From Eledone cirrhosa (taxonomy: Eukaryota): 64,000 bases of DNA. Location: NCBI GenBank assembly GCA_964016885.1, contig OZ024745.1:104842001-104906000 (forward strand), read 5' to 3'. The position numbers and the translations under genes were made by a program. Under the pieces are notes generated by a model. It saw only the letters and a list, made by a program, of their open reading frames with translations, made no database searches and had not been told where the DNA came from. Positions 25,478 to 39,290 of this stretch are shown here, piece after piece. The first letter of the stretch is position 1, and each line of letters opens with the position of its first letter.

Positions 25478-25779
25478 TCCTGTGTCAGTGTTGAACAAAA
25501 AGGTGACGTGGTTGCCTTAACACCGTATGGCATAAATTCAGGCTGTTCAGTTTGTTTACAAATGAACAAAGCGGCGTTGTAATAAGCGTCCGCTAAACTG
25601 ATGCGTGCATATATGTATGTGTACCTGTATGTATATATATATGTATATATATATATATATATGCATGCTACTGTACGTCTGTATACATATATGTATGTAC
25701 GTATACATACATACTTACATTTAAGTAAGTGCCATACTAAGAGTGAGAAATGAAATTTCGTTTTCATTTTTTTTCAACT

Positions 25780-25812
<33 letters not shown>

Positions 25813-25923
25813 GTATATATATTTATATATTAAACTAATATATTCCTTCGATATATTTGATTTAATCAACTTCCTCTCCCCCAAATTGTTGGCTTTGTGC
25901 CTAAATCAGAAACCTTTATTACT

Positions 25924-26108
25924 GTGGATTGGCAGTATCGGTAGAGGGTCGGACGCCATGCTTTCCAGCATAGTTACGTCCCTTTACGATCTGAGTTCAA
26001 ATCCCGCCGAGGTTGACTTGCCTTTCATCCTTACGGGGTCGATAAAATAAAGTACCAGTAATGCACTGGGCAATTGCTGGCCTTGTGCCTAAAGTAGAAA
26101 CAATTATT
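25924..26108 (+). mobile_element. Young tRNA-derived SINE inserted at the tail of an older SINE
   Basis: Matches 55826-56016; ttattact duplicated on both sides. Confidence 0.88.
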
Positions 26109-26913
26109 ACTAAAATTATTAATTATTTCATTAAAATGGTATCTGTAACATAACTTTACTAAAAGTGCTTATATCAAATTATACTGGAAGCTTTTAATTT
26201 AAGTAAGATCCCTTTAAAATGTTTCATAGAACCAGAGACTGATTTTGGTGGGTTGGTGATGTAGGGGTAACGCCAGGGTGTTTGATGGTGGGATCAGAAA
26301 ATGCAAATTAAATATCCTGTGATATTTAGTTACATTGCTTTTTCTGCCTCATCAAACGATGGGGTGCAGATGAATAATGCCTTTGCCATTTTGTCTGCAG
26401 GGCACAGCTGAAGCATGCCACTCAGACTGATGTATACAGTCTGTCACTTTGACCCCACTTTCCTTTTCTTTCCTTGCTTAATTTCCCTTTTCTTTTTCTT
26501 CCTTTTTTTATCTATATTTTTCCTTTCTTTACATTGCTTTGATATCAAATCCCACCTAGGCTGCAGTCTTTTATCCTTCTTAGGCTGATAAAATATGTTT
26601 GGGTTTGTCACATTGATCATATCTTTGAAGCTGGTACCTCAGAATGGACATATTCCAATGACGGAAACAAGCAAATGACTAAAACAATGAACTAATTTCA
26701 CAATGTCTTCAATGCCAATCTTTATCCCATATATATCCTGCAATCACATTATATCCCTCTACCATATCTTGATGTCTTTCTTTTCCTGTTTTGCAATGTA
26801 TATGACATTATTCAACAAGTGCACAATCACATGCATGCATGCATGCACATGCACGTACTTACATGCACACATGAGAGTACATATATATGTGTACAAGCGT
26901 ATACATGCATACA

Positions 26914-26949
26914 TAAATTCTATGGCAGATCTTTTATTTGAAAATGTGA

Positions 26950-27012
<63 letters not shown>

Positions 27013-27663
27013 GGAGTATAAGAGAGGAGAGGGAGAAGGGGAGATTTCGAATTACTTTAAAAGAATTTGATTGGCTATTATAATAGTGTACAAGCGTATA
27101 CATGCATACACAATAGAATTTTTCAAATGTTTCTAAAAAGATTTTTTGGGGGGTGGTAGACTTAATCTGTCACTTAGTTTAACATCACCACTTAGTTATT
27201 GTGAAGTCTACTCTATTGCAAACATTTGGGCCAGGTCTCTGATCTGAGGAAATCTTGTTCCTTTCCACTAATGTCAGCGGCATTGCTGTTCCATCTCTGA
27301 CTAAGTGATGAAAATAAAACAAAAATCTCACCATAAATGAAAAAAAGAATTTTCATACGATTAAGCTGTAGGAAGAATGAAGTGCAGACATATTAACCTG
27401 CAATGAAAAATTTGTTGGAAAACAGAGTTGTAGGCACGATCAAGTTTCAGAGGTGGTGTATAACTCTAAGAAAGATTCTTACACTCACACACATTCTTTC
27501 AAGCTCTATCGACACAGGGTTTGTCATCCTGCAACTGTGACAAAATCTTCCATCGTGTATAACTTTAATAACACTGATGAGATGTCAGACTATTATAATA
27601 GTCAATCAAATTCTTTTAAAGTAATTCAAAATCTCCCCTTCTCCCTTTCCTCGCTTATACTCC

Positions 27664-27755
<92 letters not shown>

Positions 27756-27785
27756 ATTTTCAAATAAAAGATCTGCCATAGAATT
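26914..27785. repeat. Dispersed inverted duplication (26916-27087 vs 27589-27785) containing (GA)n/(CT)n
   Basis: The unique flanks of the two microsatellites are reverse complements; the left copy is bracketed by a 25-bp direct repeat. Confidence 0.85.
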
Positions 27786-29448
27786 CAAATGAGAAATATT
27801 TTATTTTCTCCTTTTCTCTTTTTTATTTTCCCCATCTCATTTTTAGTTTTTAAGTGTTCTTTCTCTTTTTTCGTTGAATTAAGCTAAGAGAGAGACCACA
27901 TTGTTTAATATACTTTTTATATATGGATTTATGAATGAAGAGTTAAATATGAGTGTTTGAACGGAACAGTATTTTATTTTATTTTTTCATTTCTTTATTT
28001 CTTCTTTTGTTTTTTTATGTACATTCTATTTTCTTTCCTTGAATCACTGCCATCTTTAGTGACTTAGTATCTTAGTAATTTATAGTATTTGACTAATACA
28101 GCTGCAATTAATATCATTGAATTATATCATTATCTAAGTGTGAATCATAATGCCAGGATGAACCACTAAAAGGCCTAGAAATGACCTCTTTGATATTCTC
28201 CTAGGTTCTCAATGGATTCCTTGATAATGGAGAGTTCATCTGAAATATATTGGGACTAATGAATATTACAATGGAAAAATAATCCTCTTCTCCCCTTCTT
28301 TGTACTCAACCTCACCTCTTTCATTTTCTTTCCAATTTTGTTACCTCATATTTACATTACCTGCATTGTAGCAGCTTCTAAGACACATCCACATACCATT
28401 ATATATAATTTATTTATGTATTTGACTTGACCTTTGCACATTTGTTTTTGTTTTCATTCATCAGAATGGTCATAGTAATGGTTTTCTGTAGAATTTCTCA
28501 AATTTTGTTTAAAAATTGGAGATGGGAAACTCAGTTACAAAATTTGAGTTTTCAGTTTTAATAAATATTTTTCACACTTTGATTTAAATGCCAAGTACTT
28601 TCTTTTTCCTTCTTGTGTTTATGCACACATATGTAAACATGCACACACATGCACATATAAACACACTTACAAACACATACTTGCACGTGTACACACACAC
28701 AGAGGCACATTATTGACTCTTCTCTGCAAAGTCTAAAGAGATTAAAGATATAAGAATAGAAATACCTTCTAACACCTCATTCTATGAACCTACAAAGGAA
28801 CCTTTCTGTAATTTCTCAACCTGCTAAAATAGAAGCCAAGTCTCCTTCAGATCTCACCCAATATCTTAAGAAAGGAAAGGACACAGAAGATAATGTATTC
28901 CAAGAGACCCCCTAAAAAGAAAAAGGCCAAAGCTTGAAATAGGTCTGCTCAATAATTGACCAATGGCTAAACAACATCATTTCATTTCTGTGTTGAGGAA
29001 ATGTATAAATTAAATGGTTGATGTCACAGTCTTTACTAGAACCTAATCATCTTTAGAACTCTACATATATGATTAGAACACAATATATTTTGCAGTAGTT
29101 ATGCTTTACTGTAAAGAAAATCTGAAGCACTTTCAGTACGTTGTACATTTTTTTTTCTAATAAAATCATTTTTATGTAATCACACGTGTAATGGGGTCCT
29201 TTGTGAGGCATGCTTTATAGCCAAATTCCTTTTCTGGTATGGTGCCAGGAGCATAACAGTTTTTTTTATGAGAAAGATTGATAGTTCTTCACTCAACTAT
29301 TCCCAATTTCTAGAGAAAGGGATGTTGTGAGTTGTTGCTCATGGCACAGATTGTTGCTTCTAGGAAAGAGAGAAAAAGTGAGATGGATAGATAGAGAAAG
29401 AGAGAGAGGGGGAGAGTCACACACACACATATATATATATATGTATAC

Positions 29449-29484
<36 letters not shown>

Positions 29485-30146
29485 AAGAAGAACCAACTTC
29501 TCCCAGTACTTAAATGATGCTCTATTGATGCCAGAAAGATGAAAAGTGAAATTGACCTTAGCAAGATTTGATCTCAGAGCAGAGAGCTGGAACCAATTTT
29601 AATGATGTATCACCATGTAATATTGTTTTATAGTTGTTTTTGTTAATCTCCAAGTCGACCCTGATTGAGCAAAACTATGAACAAAGGTATTCTAGCCATG
29701 GCTGTCTGACATTTTTGCAAAGAACAGTAGACTATAGTCTTCTTTTCTACGAGAATCAGGGTTGGATTTGAGTGAAATTTGGTTGCTATTTCAATGCATA
29801 GCTTGAACAATCTGTTTTACTTTTATTGAGAGAGGGGTAGTCAAATGTTATGTTTCTGTTGACAACGTAGTACTACTTGTGTGCTTTAAACATCAATGTA
29901 AGTTTAATTATGCTTGACTATAGGCAATTGTAAACAAGAAATACTCACTTAATATTGATAAGAAGCTGTCACATAGAAATGTGTTGTATGTCAGCATGTA
30001 TACTGAATATAAATTATAAATGATTATTGAAATTGTTATAGTATGTTACAAGTGTTACAAAAAGTTAAACATATTTCCCCAACTGTTTGTTGTGAATGTA
30101 ATATGTATTAACAAATGGTTTGATTTACCATTATTCTGAATTTGTG

Positions 30147-30335
30147 TGCGGTGGATTGGCAGTATCGGTAGAGGGTCGGATGCCATGCTTTGACGCATAA
30201 AATTACGGCCCTTGCCAATCTGAGTTCAAATCCCGTTGAGGTTAACTTTGCTTTCATCCTTACAGGGTCGATAAAATAAAGTACCAGTAATACACTGAGT
30301 AATTGCTGGCCTTGTGCCAAAAGTAGAAACAATTA
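30147..30335 (+). mobile_element. tRNA-derived SINE with 17-bp TSD
   Basis: attattctgaatttgtg at 30130-30146 and 30332-30348. Confidence 0.9.
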
Positions 30336-31714
30336 TTCTGAATTTGTGCTTCCTGCAAGAAAACTTTTTGGGATTCTAGAAATTCTATCAGTTTTCATTA
30401 AAATTTCTGTCATAGCTCATTCCATGGTTATTTATTTTTATATACACCTTCAAACTAGAAAAAAAATGTCTTTCCTACAAACTTTCTTGTTAACTTGTAG
30501 AGAAAAAAAAAACATTCTCAACTGAACACTCTCAAATATATTTTATAGTAGCCAAGTTTTCATTCAGATGGGTAACAAGTCAATTTATTTGCATTTACTG
30601 CATTAGAATTAGCAAAATCGCTTTGAAAACTGTCAGGTACAAAGAATATCTGAATGTATTTAGGAAATGAAAAAGGAGAAAAGGAAGATTATTAGAAAGA
30701 CGACAAAACTAAGATATTTTGACAAATGAGTTAGAAGGGGAATAAAAAATTGTAAAAGAATTACAAAATTCGAGAACATTTAAAAAGAATTTAATGCAAT
30801 TGATTATATGGAACAGTGAGATTCCATTAAACATAATTTGGAAATTCAATGGTTTTAAGTAAAATAAAGTAGTGAAAGCACAAATTAAAGACTAAATATT
30901 TTAAAACCATTACCGATATAAAGTCAAAGAAAGAAAAAGTAACTGGAGAAAACTGTGGCTATAAATTTTACATGGAAAATTTTGTAAAATGTTCATATAT
31001 CATGAATATATAGTATGTGTATCTTTAATTTACTGTCAAGGATTCTGGAAAACAAAATGGTTTCTTTAATGCATATTTGTAAGATTAATTTTTATATAAG
31101 CAAGAGACCAGAACAGTTTAGGTATATGAGAACGGATACATTTGATGGTTTTGTCATAGTGAAGAGCATTAACTGCATATGTAAGTAAAGCGATTTCAAT
31201 TGGGTTAGTGTGGGAGTGGGTTACTGACCTTTTCTTCAATATTTTGTTACTGCAATGAGGTGAGCAGCAAGTAGTTGATAATAATAGTTAGGTTGTTTTT
31301 GATTCAGCAAGTCTCTGGACAAAGGTACTACAGCCAAGACTATACCATCTTTTTATATTAATGACTATGCTGTCCATTGTATCCACCTTTAATATAAAAT
31401 AGAGGATGGGAATTTGATAAAAATTTGGCTACTATTTCTAGCTGTGTGTGCAGGGGGGGGGGGGTATCCTTTATTGACAATTTACTATTTAATATTTAAC
31501 CTCCGATTATTTGGTAATGTTTACTGTTTTCACTGACCGGTTTCTATATATTGTAAATCCTTAATACTACTGATTCACAGCTCATTCTATAGAATTGATC
31601 AGGCAGTAGACAAATCTAGTTTGGATTCTAGTTTGTTTGTTACAGTAACTTGGCTTATGATGTGGTATCTATTTTCAACAGTTCTCTGAATATTGGATCA
31701 GAGTCACCTCTTCT

Positions 31715-32450
31715 TTCCTCCTTACCAAAGCTTTAGTTTTCCTAAGTTTACTCTATGTCTTCTTCATTCTAAGTTCTCTCTCCAAAGCTGGAATTTTTTC
31801 TGAAGCTCTTTCACTGATTAGGCTATAAGAACCAGGTCGTCAGCATACAAGAGTTCCCATGGGCAACCGGTCTTAAACTCCTCTGTGATGACCTGGGGAA
31901 CTACAATAAGCTGAAGTGGGTTGAAGACTGAGCCTTGATGAACACCCACCTGCACACTGAATTCCTCACTAAACCTACTCTTACCTTACTCCTCAATTTA
32001 TGGCTTTCACTGCTCTTCCTTAAGGTCCACCAGATGACAGAATGGGGTACTCTGTCAAAAGCCTTCTCTAGATCAACAAAATCTAAATACAGAGGCTTAA
32101 TCTTAACTAAGAACTTTGCTTGTAGTTTTTTCACTAGGAAGAGGGCATTTGTAGTACTTTTCCCTGGCACAAAACCTCATCTAATTTGATTCTTTCTCTA
32201 ATTACTTGTGCCAAAATTTTCTCTGTCACTTTCATTACCTAGTCCATTAGTTTTATGCCATGTAATTGATCCTTTCTAATGCAACTCCTTTACCTTTGAA
32301 GCAGTCTTTTGGTATGACCCCATCTTGTACTACCTGATTGATTGTGCAGGTGACTAGTTCAACTCATGCACCCTCTGAAGATTTCACCATCTTAGTGCAG
32401 CCTTACCATTTTTCATCTCCTTGATTATTTCCTTAACCCTATAACTGTCA
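31715..32450 (-). mobile_element. Old degenerate RTE RT fragment
   Basis: ORF 31901-32170: PGKSTTNALFLV...FVDLEKAFDRVPHSVIWW; also TGCPWELLYADDL at ~31830-31872. Confidence 0.85.
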
Positions 32451-33191
32451 AATCATCATCATCACCGTTTATCTTTATATGTTTTAAACTTCATTAATTT
32501 CCTTTACTTTTTGAATGTTTGCTTCCAGTTTTGTTTTAGTGTTCTAAGAACTTATCAAAGATTTTGAATTTTGTCATCAGTACTCATGCCTTTCCTCTTT
32601 TCAAAGCCTCTGAGACGTACAGGAAGGAAGGGGAAAAATTTCCTCAAATTGGGTATCTTGCCCAAATGCTTGCAACAAAGGGTCTCTAGTCAAGGCATCC
32701 AAAAGTCAGATGTCAGAGTTAAGCTGGGCAATGGATTAAGTCTACCATCCAAGCAGGCCACAGTTGAATTTGAACTCAGAATGCAAAGAGCTGGGCTAAT
32801 TGCTCTAAGGTATCCCATTTAATGTTCTAAGGATTTGGTTAGTCAACTGCCATAGGCTGGTATTTTACTTACCAACACCCGGGGAGATTATAGTAAAGTT
32901 GACCTCGGCAGCATTTGAACTTAGAATGCAAGTTACTGAAAATAAATTCTGTAAGGCATTTTGTTTGACACACTAATGCTTCTAGCTATTCATCATAGTC
33001 CAAAGAAAAAAATTATTGTCATAGTATATTGGTGAATGTGATTATAATGAACAGGTTGACAAGCTTTCTGTTTAAATTTTTGAATAAATATAGTCTAAGA
33101 TGTTTGTGTATGTAGTAGCAGTAGCATCATAGATATTTATGTTAAATGTCATTACTTGTAAGGTTAATAGTATTTATATCTGTATCCACAG

Positions 33192-33303
33192 TGAGTGTTG
33201 GTGAAGCAGAAGAAGAGTATTTTGGAGAAGATGATACAAAAGATTTTATCTCTCCAATCAAAAAGATTGATATAAAGAAGAAAAAGAAAAGACGAAGGAA
33301 AAG
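33192..33303 (+). CDS. Isolated internal coding exon (112 nt, phase 1 to 2) of an unidentified host gene; acidic patch followed by a polybasic NLS-like run
   Basis: Acceptor ...tgtatccacAG and donor AG|GTAAGA; open frame SVGEAEEEYFGEDDTKDFISPIKKIDIKKKKKRRRK; purine-rich within T-rich non-repetitive flanks. Confidence 0.62.
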
Positions 33304-35379
33304 GTAAGAATGGACCACTTTATTTTTCTTGTTGTTTTTTTCTTGTTTGATGTTCTAATTATTAATATAAGTTGATATGTCTGAGTTTATATTTCATTGT
33401 ACATGTTACCTATGAATTGAATGATTAATTAAAAAATGCGACTTCACCACCAGATCAATGCAGATACCTTTATTAATGTCATTAACTTGTTTTTTGTTAT
33501 TGTATCTAAATTTACCTTTTCATTAATAATTAGCATTTTACTGATTTAAGTGGGACTTTTCTACTCAAACTAATCCAGAAAATTATTAACTAACCAAAAG
33601 TAAGTATTAATCAAAATACAATGGTTTCTAATTTAGGCACAAGTCCAGCAATTTGTTAGGAAGGGGTTAGGTGATTAAGTCAAAATATATTACAAAATAT
33701 GTACCCATATAACTAACAATTTAGTTTCAAGCTTAGTTTCTGAATATCCATGCAATCCATATCAAGCTGATTCATACTACTTTTATCTTTTTATATATCT
33801 AAGACTACATTACTGTCCAATGTATTCTTTCAGTTATAAGACAGTAGGGTTGGTGTGATGTGAGGGAATTTGGCTGCTATTTCTAGAAAATGGAGTGACT
33901 GCACATAGTGCAACTCCCTTGTTGTCTCATAAAATTGTTCTAACAGGTAACAGAATTTCTCTTGAAGAATGTGAAGGTAATACACCCATACAAGAAAAAA
34001 ATCTTTTGTTTTCTAAATTTTATCAATATTCATGACTATAAAAGCATGAAAGGAAAATCTCATATTTGTTAGATTTTATGTGAAACATAAAAACTTAAAC
34101 TTCTCTGCTGATTTCTTATCACTCAACATCAGATTTTGCTCATTCATGTGCCCAAACTTTAAAAAAACATGCATCTATTTCACAATCATAGCTTCCAACT
34201 GCAAGAAAGCCAAATTGAAGAGGCTGAACTTTCATTGACATCAGGAAATTAATTTAAAAAAACAAAACTGTCTAAAAGAATGGGCCAGGATAAAAAATCC
34301 AATAAAAATAACAACTATCAGTAATATTCATTATGCTAAATATCAACCAATCTTTCTGAGATAACATAGCTATTAAAAAAAGAATTGGAAATCAAAAGTT
34401 GTTGAATTTCAGCAAAGAAACTTTTCAGTTTCTGTAATACAATACTTGGCAAATGAAGAAAACAGCTGTGCATCTACCATGAACATATTTATACTTGACA
34501 ATAATTTCTTAATTTCTAAAATAAAAATAATCAAGTCTAATTTCTATTCTAATCTCTTTACTTCCAACAAATGTTTAGAATTTCCATAAGATGATAAGTT
34601 GCTGCCTAGAAATTTTGTTTCAACCCTTTTTGTTACTATAGGAGCACTTTCTATTAAAGTCCGATATTATACAAATAATATAGATAATGTGATTATGCAG
34701 GCTTTTCATAAATCTCATTCAACAAATTCTTCACCGGCCTGCTACTTTACTTTTAGCCAGTCCCAAGTAACCTTCTACTTTCAGTTATATATCTGAAGCA
34801 TGAGGAAGCATTAATACAAAAGTAAACATCTAGTATAATATATTTCCATCCCTATTTTCATATATTTTCATAGTTCTATTTCTGACATAGACTTTTAAGT
34901 GACCTATTTCCTTCCTTATGTAACATTGAGCTTGTCTGAAGTAAAGTGAGTTATGTATGCAGAAAAACTGACCAAAACCTTTTATTATGGCTCCATTTTA
35001 AGAATAGAGAAAAAAAATCGGAATAATTTAAGAAAAATAAATATGCTCTGGAATGAGAACTTCTGTGCATAAAATGGGAAGTACTTAAAACAGAATATTC
35101 TTACATAATATTCAATCAATTCTATGCTGAGAATAGAACCGCTTTGAAAATCATGTAATAAATATTTGCTAAAGAATAAAATATTTTGTTTTACATGTGG
35201 CATAATCACTCCTTCTCTTAGAAGGAAAAATCTTTGCAATAGCATTTAATGATTTCTCATTTTGCTTTGTTTAGATACTGTTGTTGTTTTTGTACAAAAC
35301 ATCCATGTACATATATGTACATGTACAAAGGAGCATATTCATACTCCCCTTATATATGCTAATTTGCCATGAACATATG

Positions 35380-35431
<52 letters not shown>

Positions 35432-35435
35432 AATG

Positions 35436-35722
35436 GAGGCACATGGCTTAGAGGTTAGAGCATTAGGCTTGCAGTCGAAAGGTTGTGAGTTCAATTTTCG
35501 GACCGGGTGATGTGTTGTTTCCTTGAGCAAGACACTTTATTTCATGTTCTCCAGTATACTCAGCTGAAAATGAGTACCAGCAATAGCTGGAGGTTTAACC
35601 CTGCGATGAACTGGCGTCCTGTCCAGTGGGGAGTCTTATACTCTCAGTCGCTTCACGCCATGAAACTGGGATAAACACCGGCCAAATGGGCCTTCTGGCT
35701 TAAGGCAGACTTTAGACTTTTT
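35436..35722 (+). mobile_element. tRNA-derived SINE with CORE- and Meta-like central domains
   Basis: Head ggcacatggcttagaggttagagc...gagttcaatt; ccttgagcaagacacttta; aaccctgcgatg.actggcgtcctgtccag...gcttcacgccatgaaactgg. Confidence 0.85.
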
Positions 35723-35724
35723 AG

Positions 35725-35867
35725 ATATGTATACATGTATGTATATATATATATATATACATAAGTATATATATATATATATGTGTATATGTATGTATAT
35801 ATATATGTATATATATATATTTATATATATATGTGTGTATGTATATATATATATATATATATGTATG

Positions 35868-35900
<33 letters not shown>

Positions 35901-36109
35901 GTATATATGTATATATATATATATACATATATATATACATACATATATACATATATATATACATACATATATACATATGTATGTATATATATATATGTAT
36001 ATATGTATATATATATATACATACATATATACATATGTATGTATATATATATATGTATATATGTATATATATATATACATACATATATACATATATACAT
36101 ATATATATA

Positions 36110-36165
<56 letters not shown>

Positions 36166-36303
36166 CTTACATATATACATACATATATACATACACATAT
36201 ATATATATATACTTATATATATATATACTTATATACATATATATGTATATACTTACATATATACATACATATATATGTATATACTTACATATATACATAC
36301 ATG

Positions 36304-36343
<40 letters not shown>

Positions 36344-36356
36344 CATGTATACATAT
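35725..36356. repeat. Compound (TA)/(TATG)/(TACA) microsatellite
   Basis: Direct reading; switches from G-containing to C-containing units, giving a quasi-palindrome. Confidence 0.95.
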
Positions 36357-36361
36357 CTAAA

Positions 36362-36629
36362 AAGCCAGAAGGCCCATTTGGCCGGTGCTTATCCCGGTTT
36401 CATGGGATGAAGTGACTGAGAGTACAAGACTCCTCACTGGACAGGACGCCTGTCCATCGCAGGGTTAAACTTCCAGCTATTGTTGGTACTCATTTTCAGC
36501 TGAGTATACTGGAGCAACGTGAAATAAAGTGTCTTGTTCAAGGAAACAACACATCACCCGGTCCGAGAATTGAACTCACAACCTTTCGATTGCAAGCCTA
36601 ATACTCTAACCACTAAGTCATGCACCTTC
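36362..36629 (-). mobile_element. Second copy of the CORE/Meta-like SINE, tail-to-tail with 35436-35722
   Basis: Reverse complement of 35436-35701 with substitutions. Confidence 0.85.
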
Positions 36630-36644
36630 ATATATACATATATA

Positions 36645-36675
<31 letters not shown>

Positions 36676-36743
36676 TTATATATATATATATATACATACA
36701 TATATGCATGCATACATATATATGTGTATATATATATACATAC

Positions 36744-36817
<74 letters not shown>

Positions 36818-36822
36818 ACATG

Positions 36823-36866
<44 letters not shown>

Positions 36867-37721
36867 TACACACACATGCACAAACATGTTTATGCAGTTT
36901 GTGGAAAAAGACACATTTTATGACCAATAATGACTTTGTAACAGATCATCTTTAGAAATATTACAAATTATTTTTGTCTAAGAATAGAATATTATTTGCA
37001 AATTGATATCATTTTAGAAAAAAAAGAAAACTTTTATAGGAACATTTTAATACAACATGTAATTAATTCTTAGGAAAGTTTAATAAAATATCTCTACAAA
37101 GAAAAGTCAATTGTTACTTAAAAATATAGACTTTTCTTCAGAAACATTTTTGAAATCTGAATGCGTTTAACTTATATTGCCTCTATTTTGCTTAAACTTA
37201 ATTATGAGGTTGAGAATAATGTAATTTATTTTCCTTCACACAGTGAGTAAACAGATGATTTTAAAACCATCATACTGCTCTAGTGAAGACTGGCACTAAT
37301 AATTAGTTAGAATAATACATGTATGAATTGTAATTTGAAGTTTAAAAATACAAAAAGGTGACAAAATCAAGGAGAGGTTATATCTTTGCAATATAATGAT
37401 GTATGTAGCCTGGTTGATGGTTAGAATTTCATAGAAGCAGCAATGAATTGGTGCAGCATTGAAAGAATGTTGGAGAAATTACTGTTGTAATTCCTAATAT
37501 AATATCTGTACAACATTTTTATTTGTCTGTCATACAAACACTATGATCTGTTGAAAATGTTCTAAAATTTATATTTAGAATTAATAAAACGCATATCTAC
37601 AACTGAAAAGTGTGTATGGGAGGAAAGTGTTCTAAATGCTTTCATTCAAACCAGAAATCAGACATCAGTGTTGTCTTTTTGTCTGTATACTTCTCTCATT
37701 CTTTCTCTGTATGTATATATA

Positions 37722-38222
37722 TGAAAAGTTCATCAGTTGACCAAGATACTGTCATGGAATATGACCAAATGAGGTTTATTTATTAATCCACCCACTTCTT
37801 CCATCAGTGTTCCAATGCTTGGATCCCAATGGTGAAGAAGCTTTCGTCCTTTTGTTAAAAAAAGAAGTCAACAGCAAATATGACATCATCATCCCTCTGA
37901 TACTGGTTTCCAGCTGAGTGTTTTTCCATGTTGAGCAACAAATGATAGTCTGATGGAATCAAGTCAGGAGAATAGGGAGGGTGATTAACCTATTCACTGC
38001 CACAGTCACACACAGCAGCCATTGAAACCAAAGACTTGTGTGCTAGAGCATTGTCCTTATGAAACAGGACCTCCTTTGTCAGTTTTTCTGGAAGTTTGGT
38101 CTTGATGGCCTTTCTTAACTGCCTCAGCAAGCTAGAATAATACTCGCCATTGGCAGTGTGGCCTTTTTGAAGACAGTCAATAAACACAATCTCTTTTGCA
38201 TCCCTGAATGGAAGGACAGCTG
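37722..38222 (-). mobile_element. Mariner-type transposase 3' fragment with terminal sequence
   Basis: ORF 37990-38316: DAKEIVFIDCLQKGHTANGEYYSSLLRQLRKAIK...LFHKDNALAH, followed by HPPYSPDL-like sequence; end tgaaaagttcat matches the MITE TIR at 47845. Confidence 0.85.
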
Positions 38223-38625
38223 TATGACGTCTATGTGTGAAGTGCAATGCTGCATGGCAGTGAAACATGGGCAGTCCCTGCAGAGGACATGTGTAGGGTG
38301 AAAAGAAATGAAGCAACCATGCTTTGATAGATGTTCAATGTTAATGTGAGAGAATGGCAGAACTTGAATGAACTGAGGAAGAAACTGGGTTGAACAAGAA
38401 TCAGAATTGGTGTGCAAGAGAGAAGATTGTATTGGTATGGACTTGTGATGCGCATGGGTGATGATCACTGTGTAAAGAAGTTCCATGAAATCCTAGTCGA
38501 AGGAAGTTGCAGTAGATGAAGACCAAAGAAGACCTCAGCTGAAGTGGTGAGAGCTGAGCTGAAAAGGAACTGGCCAACCCATGCAAGTGTGGAAAAATGA
38601 ATATAAAAATGATGATGATGATGAA
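38222..38625 (+). mobile_element. Old RTE 3' fragment
   Basis: AMLHGSETW and ERRLYWYGLVMRM remnants; (GAT)n tail. Confidence 0.8.
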
Positions 38626-38626
38626 G

Positions 38627-38728
<102 letters not shown>

Positions 38729-39109
38729 TTGGTAAAGAAATGAAATATTATTTGTTCTGTCCATAAAACACTGGGTTACATACAAGTAATGATAATAATT
38801 TGTAACTTAAACTCACAATCAAGGAAATCCAACCCAGTAGTTGATTGATACTTTATTTTATCAGCTCTAGAATGAACTGAGATGTGACTAAATACTGAAT
38901 TCTACTGATTTTTGCCAATCCATTCTGATATCAAAACCACAATAATAGTGATCATCATATTATCTACTATTATCCTTCTCTATAAAATGCAAAGGTCACC
39001 TCTGATGTTCTTTAATTATGGAGTAGAAATTTGCAATTTTTATTGAATTTTTCTGGGCCATGTTAGATATATTAGTGAGTGTTTGTAAGTTCTGGCTTTT
39101 ACCTGTTAA

Positions 39110-39290
39110 CCCTTTAGCATTTAAACCAGCTGTATCTGACCTGAATTATTGCACGTCTTTCTGTTCAAACCGGTTGTAAGTGGTTGCCCATACTGACGTT
39201 AAGTTATTCTTCTCAAAATAAATAATATCAAAATTTTATAGATTTGATATTATGTGAGATAAAGCTTTTACCACAAAAATAAAATACTGC
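39110..39290 (+). mobile_element. Truncated copy of the piggyBac-like MITE
   Basis: TTAA-ccctttagcatttaaaccagc; body matches 53916-54090. Confidence 0.7.

Larger units (their letters stand above)
24865..25781 (+). mobile_element. Tandem direct repeat, 488-bp period (~1.9 copies), one hammerhead per unit (retrozyme-like or Penelope pLTR-like)
   Basis: atgcaaattaggctgctcagccg starts at 24865 and at 25353; the units differ by a few SNPs and in internal (TA)n length. Confidence 0.88.

Noticed and set aside
24881-25767. Duplicated minus-strand ORFs (66-132 aa) in the tandem repeat
   Set aside because: They run through microsatellite and antisense to the HHR, with no recognisable domain; duplication is explained by the DNA repeat.
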